A stretch of 63,084 bases of DNA, the filler included, from Octopus bimaculoides (lineage: Eukaryota), in the NCBI RefSeq assembly GCF_001194135.2. It is 4 parts of 4 records of this genome, joined end to end, with 100 filler letters (N's around TTAATTAATTAA, not from the genome) between each part and the next. Parts side by side here need not be neighbours in the genome. Positions count along the whole stretch, not along the records: positions 51,897 to 63,084 come from NC_068981.1; 3 more parts are not named here. One strand, given 5' to 3'. This document shows, one piece after another, positions 62,971 to 63,084 of the stretch. The translations under genes and the position numbers were made by a program. Below the pieces are notes generated by a model. That model worked only from the letters and a program-made list of their open reading frames with translations, ran no database searches and was not told the DNA's origin. Position 1 is the stretch's first letter; each line of letters begins with the position of its first letter.

Positions 62971-63084
62971 CTGAATATATATAATTATATACATCGTCAT
63001 CGTTGTTCAACGTCCGCTTTCCATGCTAGCATGGGTTATATATATATAATTATATACATATAATTATATACATATATTATATAC

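Overview
Eukaryotic, AT-rich, microsatellite-saturated genomic DNA from a gapped draft assembly. The SINE families and repeat landscape point to an octopus (coleoid cephalopod); this is an inference. Most of the window is simple repeats, tRNA-type SINEs and decayed transposons: Tc1/mariner (DD34D and maT DD37D), pogo, Chapaev3-like, Helitron/Helentron-type, and CR1, Tx1, RTE, Hero and R4/Dong LINEs. Nearly all ORFs in the supplied track are microsatellite or N-gap artefacts. Three things stand out that the ORF track does not show. (1) A spliced + strand gene for a small secreted protein built from very short exons: TATA box at 43951, ATG at 43997, exons of 31, 39 and 18 nt, each followed by a GTAAGT donor, giving MKLSVTAAFAALLALCLIAAGEP... 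(2) A complete minimal type I hammerhead ribozyme on the - strand (35312-35367), lying between 243-bp direct repeats and next to a ~110-nt near-perfect hairpin. (3) A sharp switch from CpG-rich to CpG-depleted DNA at ~53.5 kb, suggesting a germline-methylated gene body on the right, with candidate exons at 53400-53502 (+) and 62722-62970 (-). Three identical 100-bp N44-TTAATTAATTAA-N44 spacers are artificial scaffold joins, so contiguity across them is uncertain.
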